Source: a virus (lineage: Duplodnaviria; Caudoviricetes). Taken from it: a stretch of 64,000 nt of DNA. The stretch covers positions 96,001 through 160,000 of the IMG/VR virus record IMGVR_UViG_3300014208_000002. One strand, given 5' to 3'. The position numbers and the translations under genes are program-made. The notes beneath the pieces are model-generated. The model did not search any database. It saw only the letters and a program-made list of their open reading frames with translations, and had not been told where the DNA came from. Below, piece after piece: positions 1 to 8,701 of this stretch; positions within the stretch are counted from its first letter, which is position 1, and each line of letters starts with the position of its first letter.

Positions 1-612
1 ATCATATCCAAGATAATGTGCATTAGGAATAGCAGAACAAATATCTTCTACAATATTTGCACCTACTCCGTGTTTTGAATTAAAGCTTACATCGTGATTT
101 CCCGAGATAGTGTAAAAAGGAATTGACTCTTTCTTCTTGCCTAATACACGAATAGCTTCATCTCTTTGTGCTTTGTATCCAATATGGGATAGTTCATATA
201 CATCACCGGGTCGCCCCATCATACCTTCTACAAGGTCACCAGGAGAAACTATCATATCTACTTTTTGTTTATGAAATTCTTCAATAGCTTGTTCAGTTAA
301 AGAAGAATCAGTATAGATTGATCCAAAATGAGGATCAGAAATAATACCAAGCTTTAATCGTTCTCCCTCAAAACTATGTTTGACTGAATTGTGAAGTGGC
401 GGACGCTCTCCCTTTGCGATATGAGAAAGTTCTTCCTCGCTAAATCGTGCCTTTAGCGCAAGAATATCATCAATCGCCCCGTACTGTTTCTTGTACTCTC
501 TCTTATAACGATTCCATGTTTCATCAGTTAGTCCAAACTTTTCTTTTGTTTCTTTTTCCCCATTTGCTAAACAAAAAAGCATAATTTCTGCTACTTTAGT
601 TTTACTTACCAT
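1..612 (-). CDS. Calcineurin-like metallophosphoesterase (partial, runs off window start)
   Basis: Hand translation from ATG at 612 with SD AGGAG gives MVSKTKVAEI..., with motifs IISDPHFG, PGDLVEG and ISGNHD (DxH/GD/GNHD). Not in the supplied ORF track. Confidence 0.85.
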   Translation of the reverse strand, partial: MVSKTKVAEIMLFCLANGEKETKEKFGLTDETWNRYKREYKKQYGAIDDILALKARFSEEELSHIAKGERPPLHNSVKHSFEGERLKLGIISDPHFGSIYTDSSLTEQAIEEFHKQKVDMIVSPGDLVEGMMGRPGDVYELSHIGYKAQRDEAIRVLGKKKESIPFYTISGNHDVSFNSKHGVGANIVEDICSAIPNAHYLGYD

Positions 613-653
613 TTGATTCTCCTATAGCTTTCTTAATCCTTTTAGTAAGAAAT

Positions 654-1340
654 TTAATGTCGTAATTTTAACTCATGAGTTTCATCTCTACCGTATATTA
701 TGTAGCCTTCCTGACACTTTGGACAATTAAAAAATATAGCATCCATTACTATCGCAGGAGAACGCTCTACAATAATTTTACATTTTGGACAGCGCATAGA
801 ATCAATATAGATTTTCATTTTTTGTATAAAGTCTTTAATTCCTTCCAATCTTCTCCCTACAATATAAGTAGTTCCTAAAAAAGCTTTTGAATGAATAAAG
901 TCAATATCTACTGTTCCAAAATGAGATTCATAATAATCAAAGAAAAAATAATTATCAGAGTCTTCTATTTTCCATAAAAATCTATTATGCTTTTCATCAT
1001 CTGATAAATCTGCTTTTGAAAAAGAGGATTTAAGAAACTCATCTATTTTATAAATAAGTTCATGACTCTCTTTTTTTCGTTTTGCTATTTTTTCTTCTAC
1101 TTCTTTTTTATACCTCTTAACTATAATTTCCAATTTTTCTAAATCTACATTTCCTCGTTCAGTAATATAAGTATAGCTAACAAACTCACAGCATTCAACA
1201 AAACAATCAAAAAAACCGTGCTGATTTGGATCATGACATTGACACAGACAAACCTTCTCACGCTTCGTTAATTTACGATAATCATGGAGAACATTTTGAT
1301 AACGAATGCTTAAAGTAGACTCATCTTGTGTCGTAGTCAT
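654..1340 (-). CDS. Hypothetical protein
   Basis: 228-aa ORF co-oriented in a tightly packed operon. Confidence 0.6.
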   Translation of the reverse strand: MTTTQDESTLSIRYQNVLHDYRKLTKREKVCLCQCHDPNQHGFFDCFVECCEFVSYTYITERGNVDLEKLEIIVKRYKKEVEEKIAKRKKESHELIYKIDEFLKSSFSKADLSDDEKHNRFLWKIEDSDNYFFFDYYESHFGTVDIDFIHSKAFLGTTYIVGRRLEGIKDFIQKMKIYIDSMRCPKCKIIVERSPAIVMDAIFFNCPKCQEGYIIYGRDETHELKLRH

Positions 1341-1346
1341 AATAAA

Positions 1347-1820
1347 TTATTCCTTTAGAATTTCCTCTGCTCTATACAAAAGATCCTTTGTAAAACCCTC
1401 TTCTCCATCTGTCTTCAAAAAATTATCTTTTTGCCATAGAAGCATATCACTATCATCATCTAAAATAACATATTTATACTGGTCAGAAAATTGAGTATTT
1501 TCTCTAATCCAAAAATCAATTTCTACTCCTCTCGGGAGAGAATATGAGTTTTTTTCCGATAGCCGTAATTTAGGTGTAAAACCAATTATTTGTTTAGGAT
1601 ATTTAAATCCTCTCATCAAAAATATCAGCTTCATGCTTTCAACATTTTCACTAAATCGCCAAGAAGAGGAAATTATAATTTCTAAATCAGGAAATCTTTC
1701 ACAGAGAAGATTTAAATTATTAACAGGGATAGGATCAAATTCACAGTGCTTATCTGATAAAAACTGTCCAAAAGTTATAGCTATGACCCCATCAATGTCT
1801 AAAAATAAAAACCTTCTCAT
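1347..1820 (-). CDS. HAD-superfamily phosphatase, Swiss-army-knife RNA-repair type
   Basis: FLDIDGV (motif I), IISSSWR and YVILDDDSDML motifs. Confidence 0.8.
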   Translation of the reverse strand: MRRFLFLDIDGVIAITFGQFLSDKHCEFDPIPVNNLNLLCERFPDLEIIISSSWRFSENVESMKLIFLMRGFKYPKQIIGFTPKLRLSEKNSYSLPRGVEIDFWIRENTQFSDQYKYVILDDDSDMLLWQKDNFLKTDGEEGFTKDLLYRAEEILKE

Positions 1821-1834
1821 ATTTATTCCTTTAT

Positions 1835-2047
1835 TTAAAATTGATCAGTCGCTACATTTCTTGCTCTTGCACAGTCTGATATACCTTGCTTTTCCTTCTT
1901 TATTTTCTCTTGGAGCTTTATAAGCTTTTGATATGCCTGACAAATTCTATGAGGACAATCTTTATCCCTACATGGACAAGCATCTTCCCAGTTTACAAGA
2001 TCAAGGCGAATAGCTTCAAGATATTTCTTCAGCTTCTTTATTTTCAT
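1835..2047 (-). CDS. Hypothetical protein (Cys-rich)
   Basis: 70-aa ORF with an upstream purine-rich RBS. Confidence 0.5.
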   Translation of the reverse strand: MKIKKLKKYLEAIRLDLVNWEDACPCRDKDCPHRICQAYQKLIKLQEKIKKEKQGISDCARARNVATDQF

Positions 2048-2210
2048 GCTTCGTAAGTCTCCCCATCTTCGTAGGTAACAAAAAGAATAAGTCCAAGTTC
2101 CTGATCCATTATAGGAACTGCCGTAAAAATATTATTCTTTGGGTTAGTCCTTTGCCAACTCTCAAGTGCCTCTGATGAACCGAATGTAGTAAACTTTACA
2201 AGCTTCTTTG

Positions 2211-2546
2211 TCATTTCTTTTCTCCTTTATCTTTGTTTGTTTTCTCAAGACTAATTAGTAGTTCCCAAAAAGTATCAAATGAATCTATATTAAAATTATC
2301 TTCTCCAACTGAACATTGTAAAGATTTTTTTCCAAATCCTGTTTCATATACAAACCACTCTACCCAAGTTTGAATTTCAGGTATGTCAAATTTTGTCTGC
2401 AATAATTCAATAATAATTTCTACTTCATGTGTCGTAATAAGAAAAAGTTGATTTACAACCTTTTCATTTAGTAGGTCCCAAAGAGAGGATAAATAAGTTT
2501 CTTCTTTTTGAAGACGCTGAAAATGCTTTTCTATTATTTCTTTCAT
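2211..2546 (-). CDS. Hypothetical protein
   Basis: 111-aa ORF overlapping the upstream stop codon. Confidence 0.55.
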   Translation of the reverse strand: MKEIIEKHFQRLQKEETYLSSLWDLLNEKVVNQLFLITTHEVEIIIELLQTKFDIPEIQTWVEWFVYETGFGKKSLQCSVGEDNFNIDSFDTFWELLISLEKTNKDKGEKK

Positions 2547-3118
2547 TTTATGTTTTCCACTATTGACATAACAATAGGTTTAGTAGGAGTTTCGCTTATT
2601 GGGGTTTCCAATCCTATATTCTCCGCAAAATACGCATCACCTTGATTATAGAAAGAAGGTTTATCTGACAGAGTTTTTCGCCATGCTTGAATATCTTCAT
2701 CATACTCATGATTATTTGTAATATAACCATCAAGAAAATTAAGAAAATCTATATAGGTATTATATTCAATCCCTACCCAATCGCCCCTATCATTATATCC
2801 ATACGACCCAATGCCCGCCATCCAAATTCTATCATAAGTTTCTTTATCATGAGTCAATATGAAAACAAAAATTGAATTCTGAAATTCACTACGCTCTCCA
2901 AAAATTTCAAAATCAGAAATAGTTATTTCCCCAGATTGAATCTCAGCAATAATAGGCTCTACAAAATGACCATTTTCACTCCACATATTTTCATCAGAGA
3001 TATAAAGCCAATTTTTATAAAGCGAAACAGAAGATTTCTTATCAGATGAATAAAGTGTTCCATCAGGAATAAATCCATCTTTACCAATAGCGAGTGTTCC
3101 CCAATTTGAAAGTGCCAT
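2543..3118 (-). CDS. Hypothetical protein
   Basis: 191-aa ORF, SD AGGAG. Confidence 0.6.
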   Translation of the reverse strand: MALSNWGTLAIGKDGFIPDGTLYSSDKKSSVSLYKNWLYISDENMWSENGHFVEPIIAEIQSGEITISDFEIFGERSEFQNSIFVFILTHDKETYDRIWMAGIGSYGYNDRGDWVGIEYNTYIDFLNFLDGYITNNHEYDEDIQAWRKTLSDKPSFYNQGDAYFAENIGLETPISETPTKPIVMSIVENIK

Positions 3119-3119
3119 T

Positions 3120-3341
3120 TTAGCTCTCCTTATATTTCCAATACCAAATATTTTCTATACATTCTACTCCAATACAATTCTTCGGAGGTTTTATTCCCGG
3201 CCAATTTTTATCTTCATCTATATCAGGTTGTCTCCAGACATACTTTCCCCAACGATTTTTATAAGGAATTAAATCATTAAGAGTAAATCCTGAAGTTGGG
3301 CTTGTATAGAGTTGAATACGAATCTTTCGGTAACCCTTCAT
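3120..3341 (-). CDS. Hypothetical protein
   Basis: 73-aa ORF in operon context. Confidence 0.5.
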   Translation of the reverse strand: MKGYRKIRIQLYTSPTSGFTLNDLIPYKNRWGKYVWRQPDIDEDKNWPGIKPPKNCIGVECIENIWYWKYKES

Positions 3342-3513
3342 AATATTTTTCCTTGAGCTTCTTTTTCTCTATAGTATTTTAGAAGTACTTCTATAGGGTC
3401 TTTACTATTTAATGCTTCAACAATCTCCTCTTGAGAATAAGGAGATAAATCCCAACCAATTTTTAGTTCAAGTATTTCTCTTTCCTTCGTCATATTGTTG
3501 TCCTCTTAAATAT

Positions 3514-3542
3514 ATTATACCGGGAAATTTATAAATGTTCAA
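3514..3542 (-). promoter_or_regulatory. Sigma70-like promoter
   Basis: TTGAAC-17 nt-TATAAT. Confidence 0.6.
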
Positions 3543-3544
3543 AT

Positions 3545-4666
3545 TTATTCTTGGGCCTTATAATTATATGTAGGTTTCATAGTTAAATCAATTGATAGTG
3601 TGTCAACGATATACTTCTTGATTTCATCTGGCTTTTTGTATGCCATGGGGCTTTCATCAATTGTATCAGCATTAACACAAGTAGAAAAAATGCCCTCCAT
3701 AGACTCCTTAAAATCTTCCATCTTTAGAGTTTCTTTAGCTACACGCCGACCCATGATTCGTCCAGCACCATGAGGAGCAGAGCAATTCCAATTATCATTA
3801 CCTTTACCTGTCCCGACGATAATGCCATCTCGCATATTCCAAGGAATAATAAGCCTGTCTCCCTTATATGCCGCTACAGCACCTTTGCGGATAATATTAT
3901 TCTTTACATCAACATAGTTATGAAGGGTTTCAATAGATTCAAGTTTATTATATTTTTCCTTAAAGAATTCTTCTACAACTGTCTTTAAGATAATCTTCCG
4001 AGAAAGACAAGCGAAGTCATACGCTACTTGAGAGGCGAAAATATAGTCTAGCATTGCCTGTCCAGTGATATATTCAAGTCCGTTCATTGAATCTTTAGAA
4101 TTTCCCATTTCCTTTTTAGCTATTCCCTGAAAGTAATTAGCTATCTTCAAACCGAAATTTCGTGAACCCGTATGAACGGTAAACCAATAATCTCCATTAT
4201 CATCAAGGTCAAGCTCCATGAAATGATTTCCGCCGCCGAGCGTTCCGACAGACTGGAGAACATAATCTATTTTTTGTTGGGTTTGATTTACAACTTTAGA
4301 AAGGGAGGATAGGTCTAACTCATCTACAAGCTTATGAGGAGCCTGTCTAATTGAGTGACCAGAGGGAATATTCTGACGAATGAACTTATCAAGATGTTCA
4401 AATTGAAGTCCTGGAGCCTTGCCAATCTTGACTGACGCTACGCCACAACAAATATCGACGCCCACCACATTCGGCACTATCTTGTCAGTAAATGTTGAAG
4501 TAAAACCAATAACTGATCCAGCCCCAGCATGAACATCACTCATGATACGAATCTTACTACCTTCAAAAGCCTTGCAATTTACGAAGGAGTAAATTTGAGA
4601 AATAGCGGTTTGTTCAACTTCATCATTGAAAACAATAGCCTCTGAATATTTTCCTTTTATTTCCAT
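3545..4666 (-). CDS. rtcB: RtcB RNA ligase
   Basis: Motifs MSDVHAG, VGVDICCG, GTLGGGNHFME, HTGSRNFG, HNY, APHGAGR and DESPMAYK. The likely start is MEIKG at 4666 (SD AAGGAAG); the track starts at 4684. Confidence 0.95.
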   Translation of the reverse strand: MEIKGKYSEAIVFNDEVEQTAISQIYSFVNCKAFEGSKIRIMSDVHAGAGSVIGFTSTFTDKIVPNVVGVDICCGVASVKIGKAPGLQFEHLDKFIRQNIPSGHSIRQAPHKLVDELDLSSLSKVVNQTQQKIDYVLQSVGTLGGGNHFMELDLDDNGDYWFTVHTGSRNFGLKIANYFQGIAKKEMGNSKDSMNGLEYITGQAMLDYIFASQVAYDFACLSRKIILKTVVEEFFKEKYNKLESIETLHNYVDVKNNIIRKGAVAAYKGDRLIIPWNMRDGIIVGTGKGNDNWNCSAPHGAGRIMGRRVAKETLKMEDFKESMEGIFSTCVNADTIDESPMAYKKPDEIKKYIVDTLSIDLTMKPTYNYKAQE

Positions 4667-4690
4667 TTTAAGACTTCCTTTCATAAACTT

Positions 4691-4778
4691 CGGAGAGTGA
4701 AGGATTTGAACCTTCGGGAAGCTTTCGCCTCCTACGGTTTAGCAAACCGTTGTCATCGACCAACTCGACCAACTCTCC
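4691..4778 (-). tRNA. tRNA-Ser(GCT)
   Basis: Cloverleaf; anticodon arm ACGGT-TTGCTAA-ACCGT; long variable arm; G73. Confidence 0.93.
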
Positions 4779-4786
4779 ATAGTAAA

Positions 4787-4815
4787 ATTATACAAATAAA
4801 AATCAATACTGTCAA
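4787..4815 (-). promoter_or_regulatory. Sigma70-like promoter for tRNA-Ser/rtcB
   Basis: Consensus TTGACA-17 nt-TATAAT. Confidence 0.8.
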
Positions 4816-4826
4816 TTTTTATTTTA

Positions 4827-4902
4827 TGACCCTGGAGGGAATCGAACCCCCGACCTGAAAATTAGAAGTTTCCTGCTCTAAATCCAACTGAGCTACAGGG
4901 CC
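4827..4902 (-). tRNA. tRNA-Arg(TCT)
   Basis: GGAAA-CTTCTAA-TTTTC anticodon arm; T-loop TTCGATT. Confidence 0.93.
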
Positions 4903-5011
4903 GGATATTACAAATTAAACAAAATGACTTAAAGCATCCTCATCAATAAACCAACCAATACTATTTAATAATTCTGCATGATATTTAGTAATCCCCCTAT
5001 TTACTAACTTA

Positions 5012-5740
5012 TCAATGTCTACAGAATATTTCACCTTTAGTCGGAAGTAATTCATTTTTCAGTGAATCATTTCCCGTCAATTCCATAAAGCGAGGAAGAG
5101 ACTCACACCAATCACAGAATGCGCCCCAATCGCCTTTTAATTTGTGTTGCCGCCTCTGCTTAAAAATCGTCTTTAGTTGCAAATAATTTGTAGTTACTGT
5201 CATCCACTTTTCAAAGCCCATAGGGAGATTAGAAACACATTCCATGAAGGATTTATAAATTCTATCAGATTGTTCTTTTGGAGTAAACTTAGTGCGCTCC
5301 TCAGAGTAATAATTTCCATCGTCCTCTGGCTTCATAGAAATAAGCTGATTATACCAGTCTATTCTCGAACTAATAAATGAAATAATTGTTGGACTAACAT
5401 ATTCATTAAACATTTCTTTGAATGCTACTGGGTCTTTTCCCATAGAAGTAAGCTTGTGCATTTTCGACTGGGAGGAAACAATTTGAGCGAAGTGATATCG
5501 CTGAAATTCAGGCGACCAGTATTCAGGATATTTAATATCAAAAGTAACAAGAATCCCTGAAAGGAAATTATCATGCCCGGAGCCTTGCGGTGCTTTACCG
5601 AGTTTATACCCACGATCTAATTCTTTATCAGAGGCACGAGAATAGCCAAGAGTATTTATTACGCCCACTGTCATAGGGTTTCCACTCGCAATAATAGCCC
5701 GATCCAGACCAGACACTTCCCAGTTCTTTACTTCAAGCAT
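5012..5740 (-). CDS. Divergent ThyX-like (flavin-dependent thymidylate synthase-like) protein
   Basis: GHDNFL, FQRYHF...SSQSKMH, LPMG and TTNYLQLKTIFKQRRQHKL..W..FC.W...LP resemble the phage ThyX-like family. The canonical RHRxxSxxxxSxR motif is altered. Confidence 0.55.
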   Translation of the reverse strand: MLEVKNWEVSGLDRAIIASGNPMTVGVINTLGYSRASDKELDRGYKLGKAPQGSGHDNFLSGILVTFDIKYPEYWSPEFQRYHFAQIVSSQSKMHKLTSMGKDPVAFKEMFNEYVSPTIISFISSRIDWYNQLISMKPEDDGNYYSEERTKFTPKEQSDRIYKSFMECVSNLPMGFEKWMTVTTNYLQLKTIFKQRRQHKLKGDWGAFCDWCESLPRFMELTGNDSLKNELLPTKGEIFCRH

Positions 5741-6053
5741 TTTCTTCCTCCCTATATTCTATATGCGGCCAATCTTTTTCATAAAGATTTAATTTCCATC
5801 CACAGCACGGACACTTAAAACTTTTTTGTGGAGGGTCAGTACAAAGAATAAGATTATCATTATTCTTTAAGGCATTTCCACAAAGAGTACAAGTAGGAAA
5901 TACTTTATAGGAATTTACTTTTACAGCCTTAATTGTAATTTTTTCCATTAAAAAATCTCCTTCATTAAAAATAATATTTACAGGTATACCCTTATAAACA
6001 CTAAAATCTTGAAAATAGGGGATTGTATTTCCTTCATGCGCTCGAAGCTTCAT
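5733..6053 (-). CDS. Hypothetical Zn-ribbon protein
   Basis: CTLC and CPCC motifs. Confidence 0.5.
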   Translation of the reverse strand: MKLRAHEGNTIPYFQDFSVYKGIPVNIIFNEGDFLMEKITIKAVKVNSYKVFPTCTLCGNALKNNDNLILCTDPPQKSFKCPCCGWKLNLYEKDWPHIEYREEENA

Positions 6054-6082
6054 ATTTGTTTTCCTTTATAAGAATAAAGCTT

Positions 6083-6174
6083 CGGAAACAGAAGGATTTG
6101 AACCCTCGAATCGACTCTTCGCCGATTTCCATATTTCAAGTATGGCGCATTCAACCGGACTCTGCCATGTTTCC
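6083..6174 (-). tRNA. tRNA-Ser(TGA)
   Basis: CCATA-CTTGAAA-TATGG; long variable arm; G73. Confidence 0.93.
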
Positions 6175-6441
6175 TTGTTGTCTATGATAGTAATTTTTTC
6201 TATACTCCTTATCATATTTTCTTCCTTTACCCCTATTTTTACTTTTAAAAGTATCTTATTATAAACCCTATTTTTCAAATTTGCAAGTACAAATTTTCAT
6301 TTCATCCATTCCTGGGCCAATTAACATTCCACCCCATTTACTACAAAAATGCCAGTGATTTTTAATTTCCTCTTCAGAAAGCTTTATCCTACCAGTAGTT
6401 ATGTCATGATATCGTTCAACATCATCTAAAAGGCTATCCAT

Positions 6442-6639
6442 TTAATTTGTCTCCTCTAAATCCTCATTATAAAATCTCAAAACAATCTTAGGTTTGGACA
6501 ATGCCACATGATAAATACGAGAATGATTAGGACTCGGCATTATTAAAACTATTCTCCCAACCCTATTATTATAAATACCCGAATTTTTTATTCTTACTTT
6601 ACTACCTATTTTTAATACTTGAGAAAGCATTGCCTCCAT
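6442..6639 (-). CDS. Small hypothetical protein (SH3/KOW-like)
   Basis: The start MEAMLSQ follows SD AGGAG; the longer track ORF overlaps tRNA-His. Confidence 0.45.
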   Translation of the reverse strand: MEAMLSQVLKIGSKVRIKNSGIYNNRVGRIVLIMPSPNHSRIYHVALSKPKIVLRFYNEDLEETN

Positions 6640-6669
6640 ATATTTTCTCCTTAAAAATTTTTTACATTT

Positions 6670-6742
6670 GGTGATCGGTGGGATTTGAACCCACGACCAG
6701 AAGTTCCACAAACTTCCGCTCTACCAACTGAGCTACGACCAC
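6670..6742 (-). tRNA. tRNA-His(GTG), no encoded G-1
   Basis: GAAGT-TTGTGGA-ACTTC; C73; the base at position -1 is T. Confidence 0.92.
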
Positions 6743-6744
6743 AA

Positions 6745-6826
6745 TGCAAGCGAGAGGACTCGAACCTCCACATCTTTCGATACGGCGGCCTAAACGCCGG
6801 GCGGCTCCCAATTACGCCACGCTTGC
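6745..6826 (-). tRNA. tRNA-Leu(TAG)
   Basis: CGGCG-TTTAGGC-CGCCG; variable arm; A73. Confidence 0.92.
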
Positions 6827-6831
6827 AAATG

Positions 6832-7305
6832 TTAATGAAAGAAAAAAGGAATCCTCCTACCTCGGGTTAAATGAACCCATTTATTTTCTTGTTTCTCCAT
6901 AAGGAAAAACTTGTCTACTTCTACATTGAAAAAAGGCTCATGCTTTGTGTAAATTGTATCTTTATAATCTACAGGAGAATTTATTATATCTTTCATACGG
7001 CAAAAAAGCAAGGTATTTATTAAAGAATTAAACATAATAAATAATTCAGCTTTTGATTCTGCTTTACGATAGGGAATATCTACAGTTGAATATCCTTGCC
7101 ACTCTCCTTGTTTTGTCCATACCTTTTTAATTTCTACTTCAACAGGGATTGTTTTATTATTCTTCTCCACTAAAAAATCCCAATCTTTATAAGCCTCTTT
7201 AGATGACAATAATTTGTACCCAAATTGTTCAAATAATAACTTACTTTCATTTATAGCCTTTTGATTATTTTCTTTGTATAGTTTTTTATCAAAAGGTTTA
7301 TACAC
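6832..7305 (-). CDS. Putative PD-(D/E)XK-fold nuclease
   Basis: WDFLVEK...VEVEIKK pattern. Confidence 0.45.
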   Translation of the reverse strand: MYKPFDKKLYKENNQKAINESKLLFEQFGYKLLSSKEAYKDWDFLVEKNNKTIPVEVEIKKVWTKQGEWQGYSTVDIPYRKAESKAELFIMFNSLINTLLFCRMKDIINSPVDYKDTIYTKHEPFFNVEVDKFFLMEKQENKWVHLTRGRRIPFFFH

Positions 7306-7476
7306 TTATTTTCCTGTTCTTAGTATTGCATCAGGAAAAAACGCTTTCATCATTTCTTCCTCTGTTCTACCTTCTAGGGGAAAATTCTTGTATGCCTTTT
7401 TACAAAATATACAATTTTCCACTGGGGATGTTGGATCAAAATTACACCAAGGATGATGAGTTTTTGGAAAATCCAT
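7306..7476 (-). CDS. Small hypothetical protein (56 aa, Cys/His)
   Basis: SD AAGGAG then MDFPKTHHPWCNF...; hand translated. Confidence 0.45.
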   Translation of the reverse strand: MDFPKTHHPWCNFDPTSPVENCIFCKKAYKNFPLEGRTEEEMMKAFFPDAILRTGK

Positions 7477-7491
7477 TTTATACTCCTTTTA

Positions 7492-7560
7492 TAGCAGGGG
7501 TAGGTTACGATCCTACTAAGAAAGGCTTATGAGACCTTCCCGCTTCCAAAGCTCCCTGCT
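7492..7560 (-). tRNA. Non-canonical 69-nt tRNA with CAT anticodon
   Basis: AGCAGGG/CCCTGCT acceptor stem; CTCATAA loop; GTAGG-ATCGTAA-CCTAC T arm; 3-nt D loop. Confidence 0.75.
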
Positions 7561-7569
7561 ATGAAATCC

Positions 7570-7644
7570 TGGAGCGTGTCGGATTTGAACCGACCGAAAT
7601 CTTCCTTGCAAAAGAAGCGACCACGCCAAGCAGTCCCACGCCCC
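7570..7644 (-). tRNA. tRNA-Ala(TGC)
   Basis: CTTCT-TTTGCAA-GGAAG; G3-U70 pair; A73. Confidence 0.9.
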
Positions 7645-7677
7645 AATATTTAATACTAATGCTAAAAATAGAATCTG

Positions 7678-8436
7678 TCAACTATATTTTTTATTCCACT
7701 CTTCGATTCTTTTTAAAAGTTCTTCATAAGTAATAGAAGACTTACTTCCTTTGGATGAATTCTCACTATGTAATAGTAATTTACAATTAGCTGGATGTTT
7801 TATTATTTTTGGATCAATCTTTTTTTCATAACCCTCTTTTACTGAAAACTGATGATCTCTGGAAACACCATATAAATTATTACCGTGATTAGAGGCGGAA
7901 TACCAACCATATTTTTCTATTAAAGAAAAATTAAACTCCTCTGAATATTTTTTTATACTGAAAGTAAATCTGCATTGATTACGATAAGAAATTAGGGAAT
8001 CATTCTTTTTTATCCTATTTTCTTGTAAACAAAGATCAGAACAATATTTTCTTTTTCCAATAAACTTATTACCACAATTTAAACAAACTTTTTCTTTTCT
8101 TGATTCAGGAAGTAATAAACCTCCTTTTATTCTGTTTTCATAAGCATCTTTTATCTTTTGTTTTGTTTTCTCATTCATTTCTCTTTTGTTGGCACAAGAC
8201 CTACTACAAAATAAATGTTTTTTCTTTCTCCAACTTGCTTCTGTCAAGGTAAGTTCAAAGATATTTCCACAACCCTCACAAGAAAGAATTTTAGTTATAT
8301 GTTTAGACATGGCTGATTGTCTAAGTCGTTCATAGCCTTCTTTAGAAAAAGGCTCTTTTTTATGCTTCCAACGAATATGATTCGCCCAAATTTTACCATT
8401 TTCAGTTAAAAAATTACATTCTTTACAAAGATACAT
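7678..8436 (-). CDS. HNH-type homing endonuclease with N-terminal Zn-finger repeats
   Basis: CxxC repeats, FCSRSC, C-terminal SRDH...HPANCKLLLHSENSSK. Confidence 0.7.
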   Translation of the reverse strand: MYLCKECNFLTENGKIWANHIRWKHKKEPFSKEGYERLRQSAMSKHITKILSCEGCGNIFELTLTEASWRKKKHLFCSRSCANKREMNEKTKQKIKDAYENRIKGGLLLPESRKEKVCLNCGNKFIGKRKYCSDLCLQENRIKKNDSLISYRNQCRFTFSIKKYSEEFNFSLIEKYGWYSASNHGNNLYGVSRDHQFSVKEGYEKKIDPKIIKHPANCKLLLHSENSSKGSKSSITYEELLKRIEEWNKKYS

Positions 8437-8514
8437 AAACTACTCTCCTACCTTTATTAGTAGGTGGAGTTTAAAAAACTCGGACTATAATTATTGTGAA
8501 TACTCCATAAAAAT

Positions 8515-8670
8515 AAAAAGCATAGAAACATTCTTTGGAAAAGCGGCAAACTTTCCACAAATACGCTCGGGGTAGCTTTTGCCGTCCAATACAGCTAATC
8601 ACTCTGTTGTTCCCCTAACCAAGCCTTTGGATCGACCTCGAAGAATGTTTCCTAGTCGTTCGATGCTTTA
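8515..8670 (-). ncRNA. Unidentified structured RNA (about 155 nt)
   Basis: Closing helices AAAGCAT/ATGCTTT and GAAACATTCTT/AAGAATGTTTC; possible 7-bp pseudoknot CGGCAAA/TTTGCCG. Confidence 0.5.
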
Positions 8671-8701
8671 ATCTAACTTTAATATACTATAAATCTATTA
8701 A

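Noticed and set aside
6066-6278. Track ORFs overlapping tRNAs (also 6685-6870, 9438-9626, 9714-9899, 10055-10282, 10470-10706, 13890-14208)
   Set aside because: They overlap tRNA or structured RNA genes, lack an RBS and have no recognisable motifs
8480-8660. Group I intron (ACGACTA and TATAGTCC resemble P7 strands, with an HNH downstream)
   Set aside because: The flanking P7 pair would be A-C, no P1-P6 domain or interrupted host gene lies upstream, and a promoter-like stretch starts right at the element
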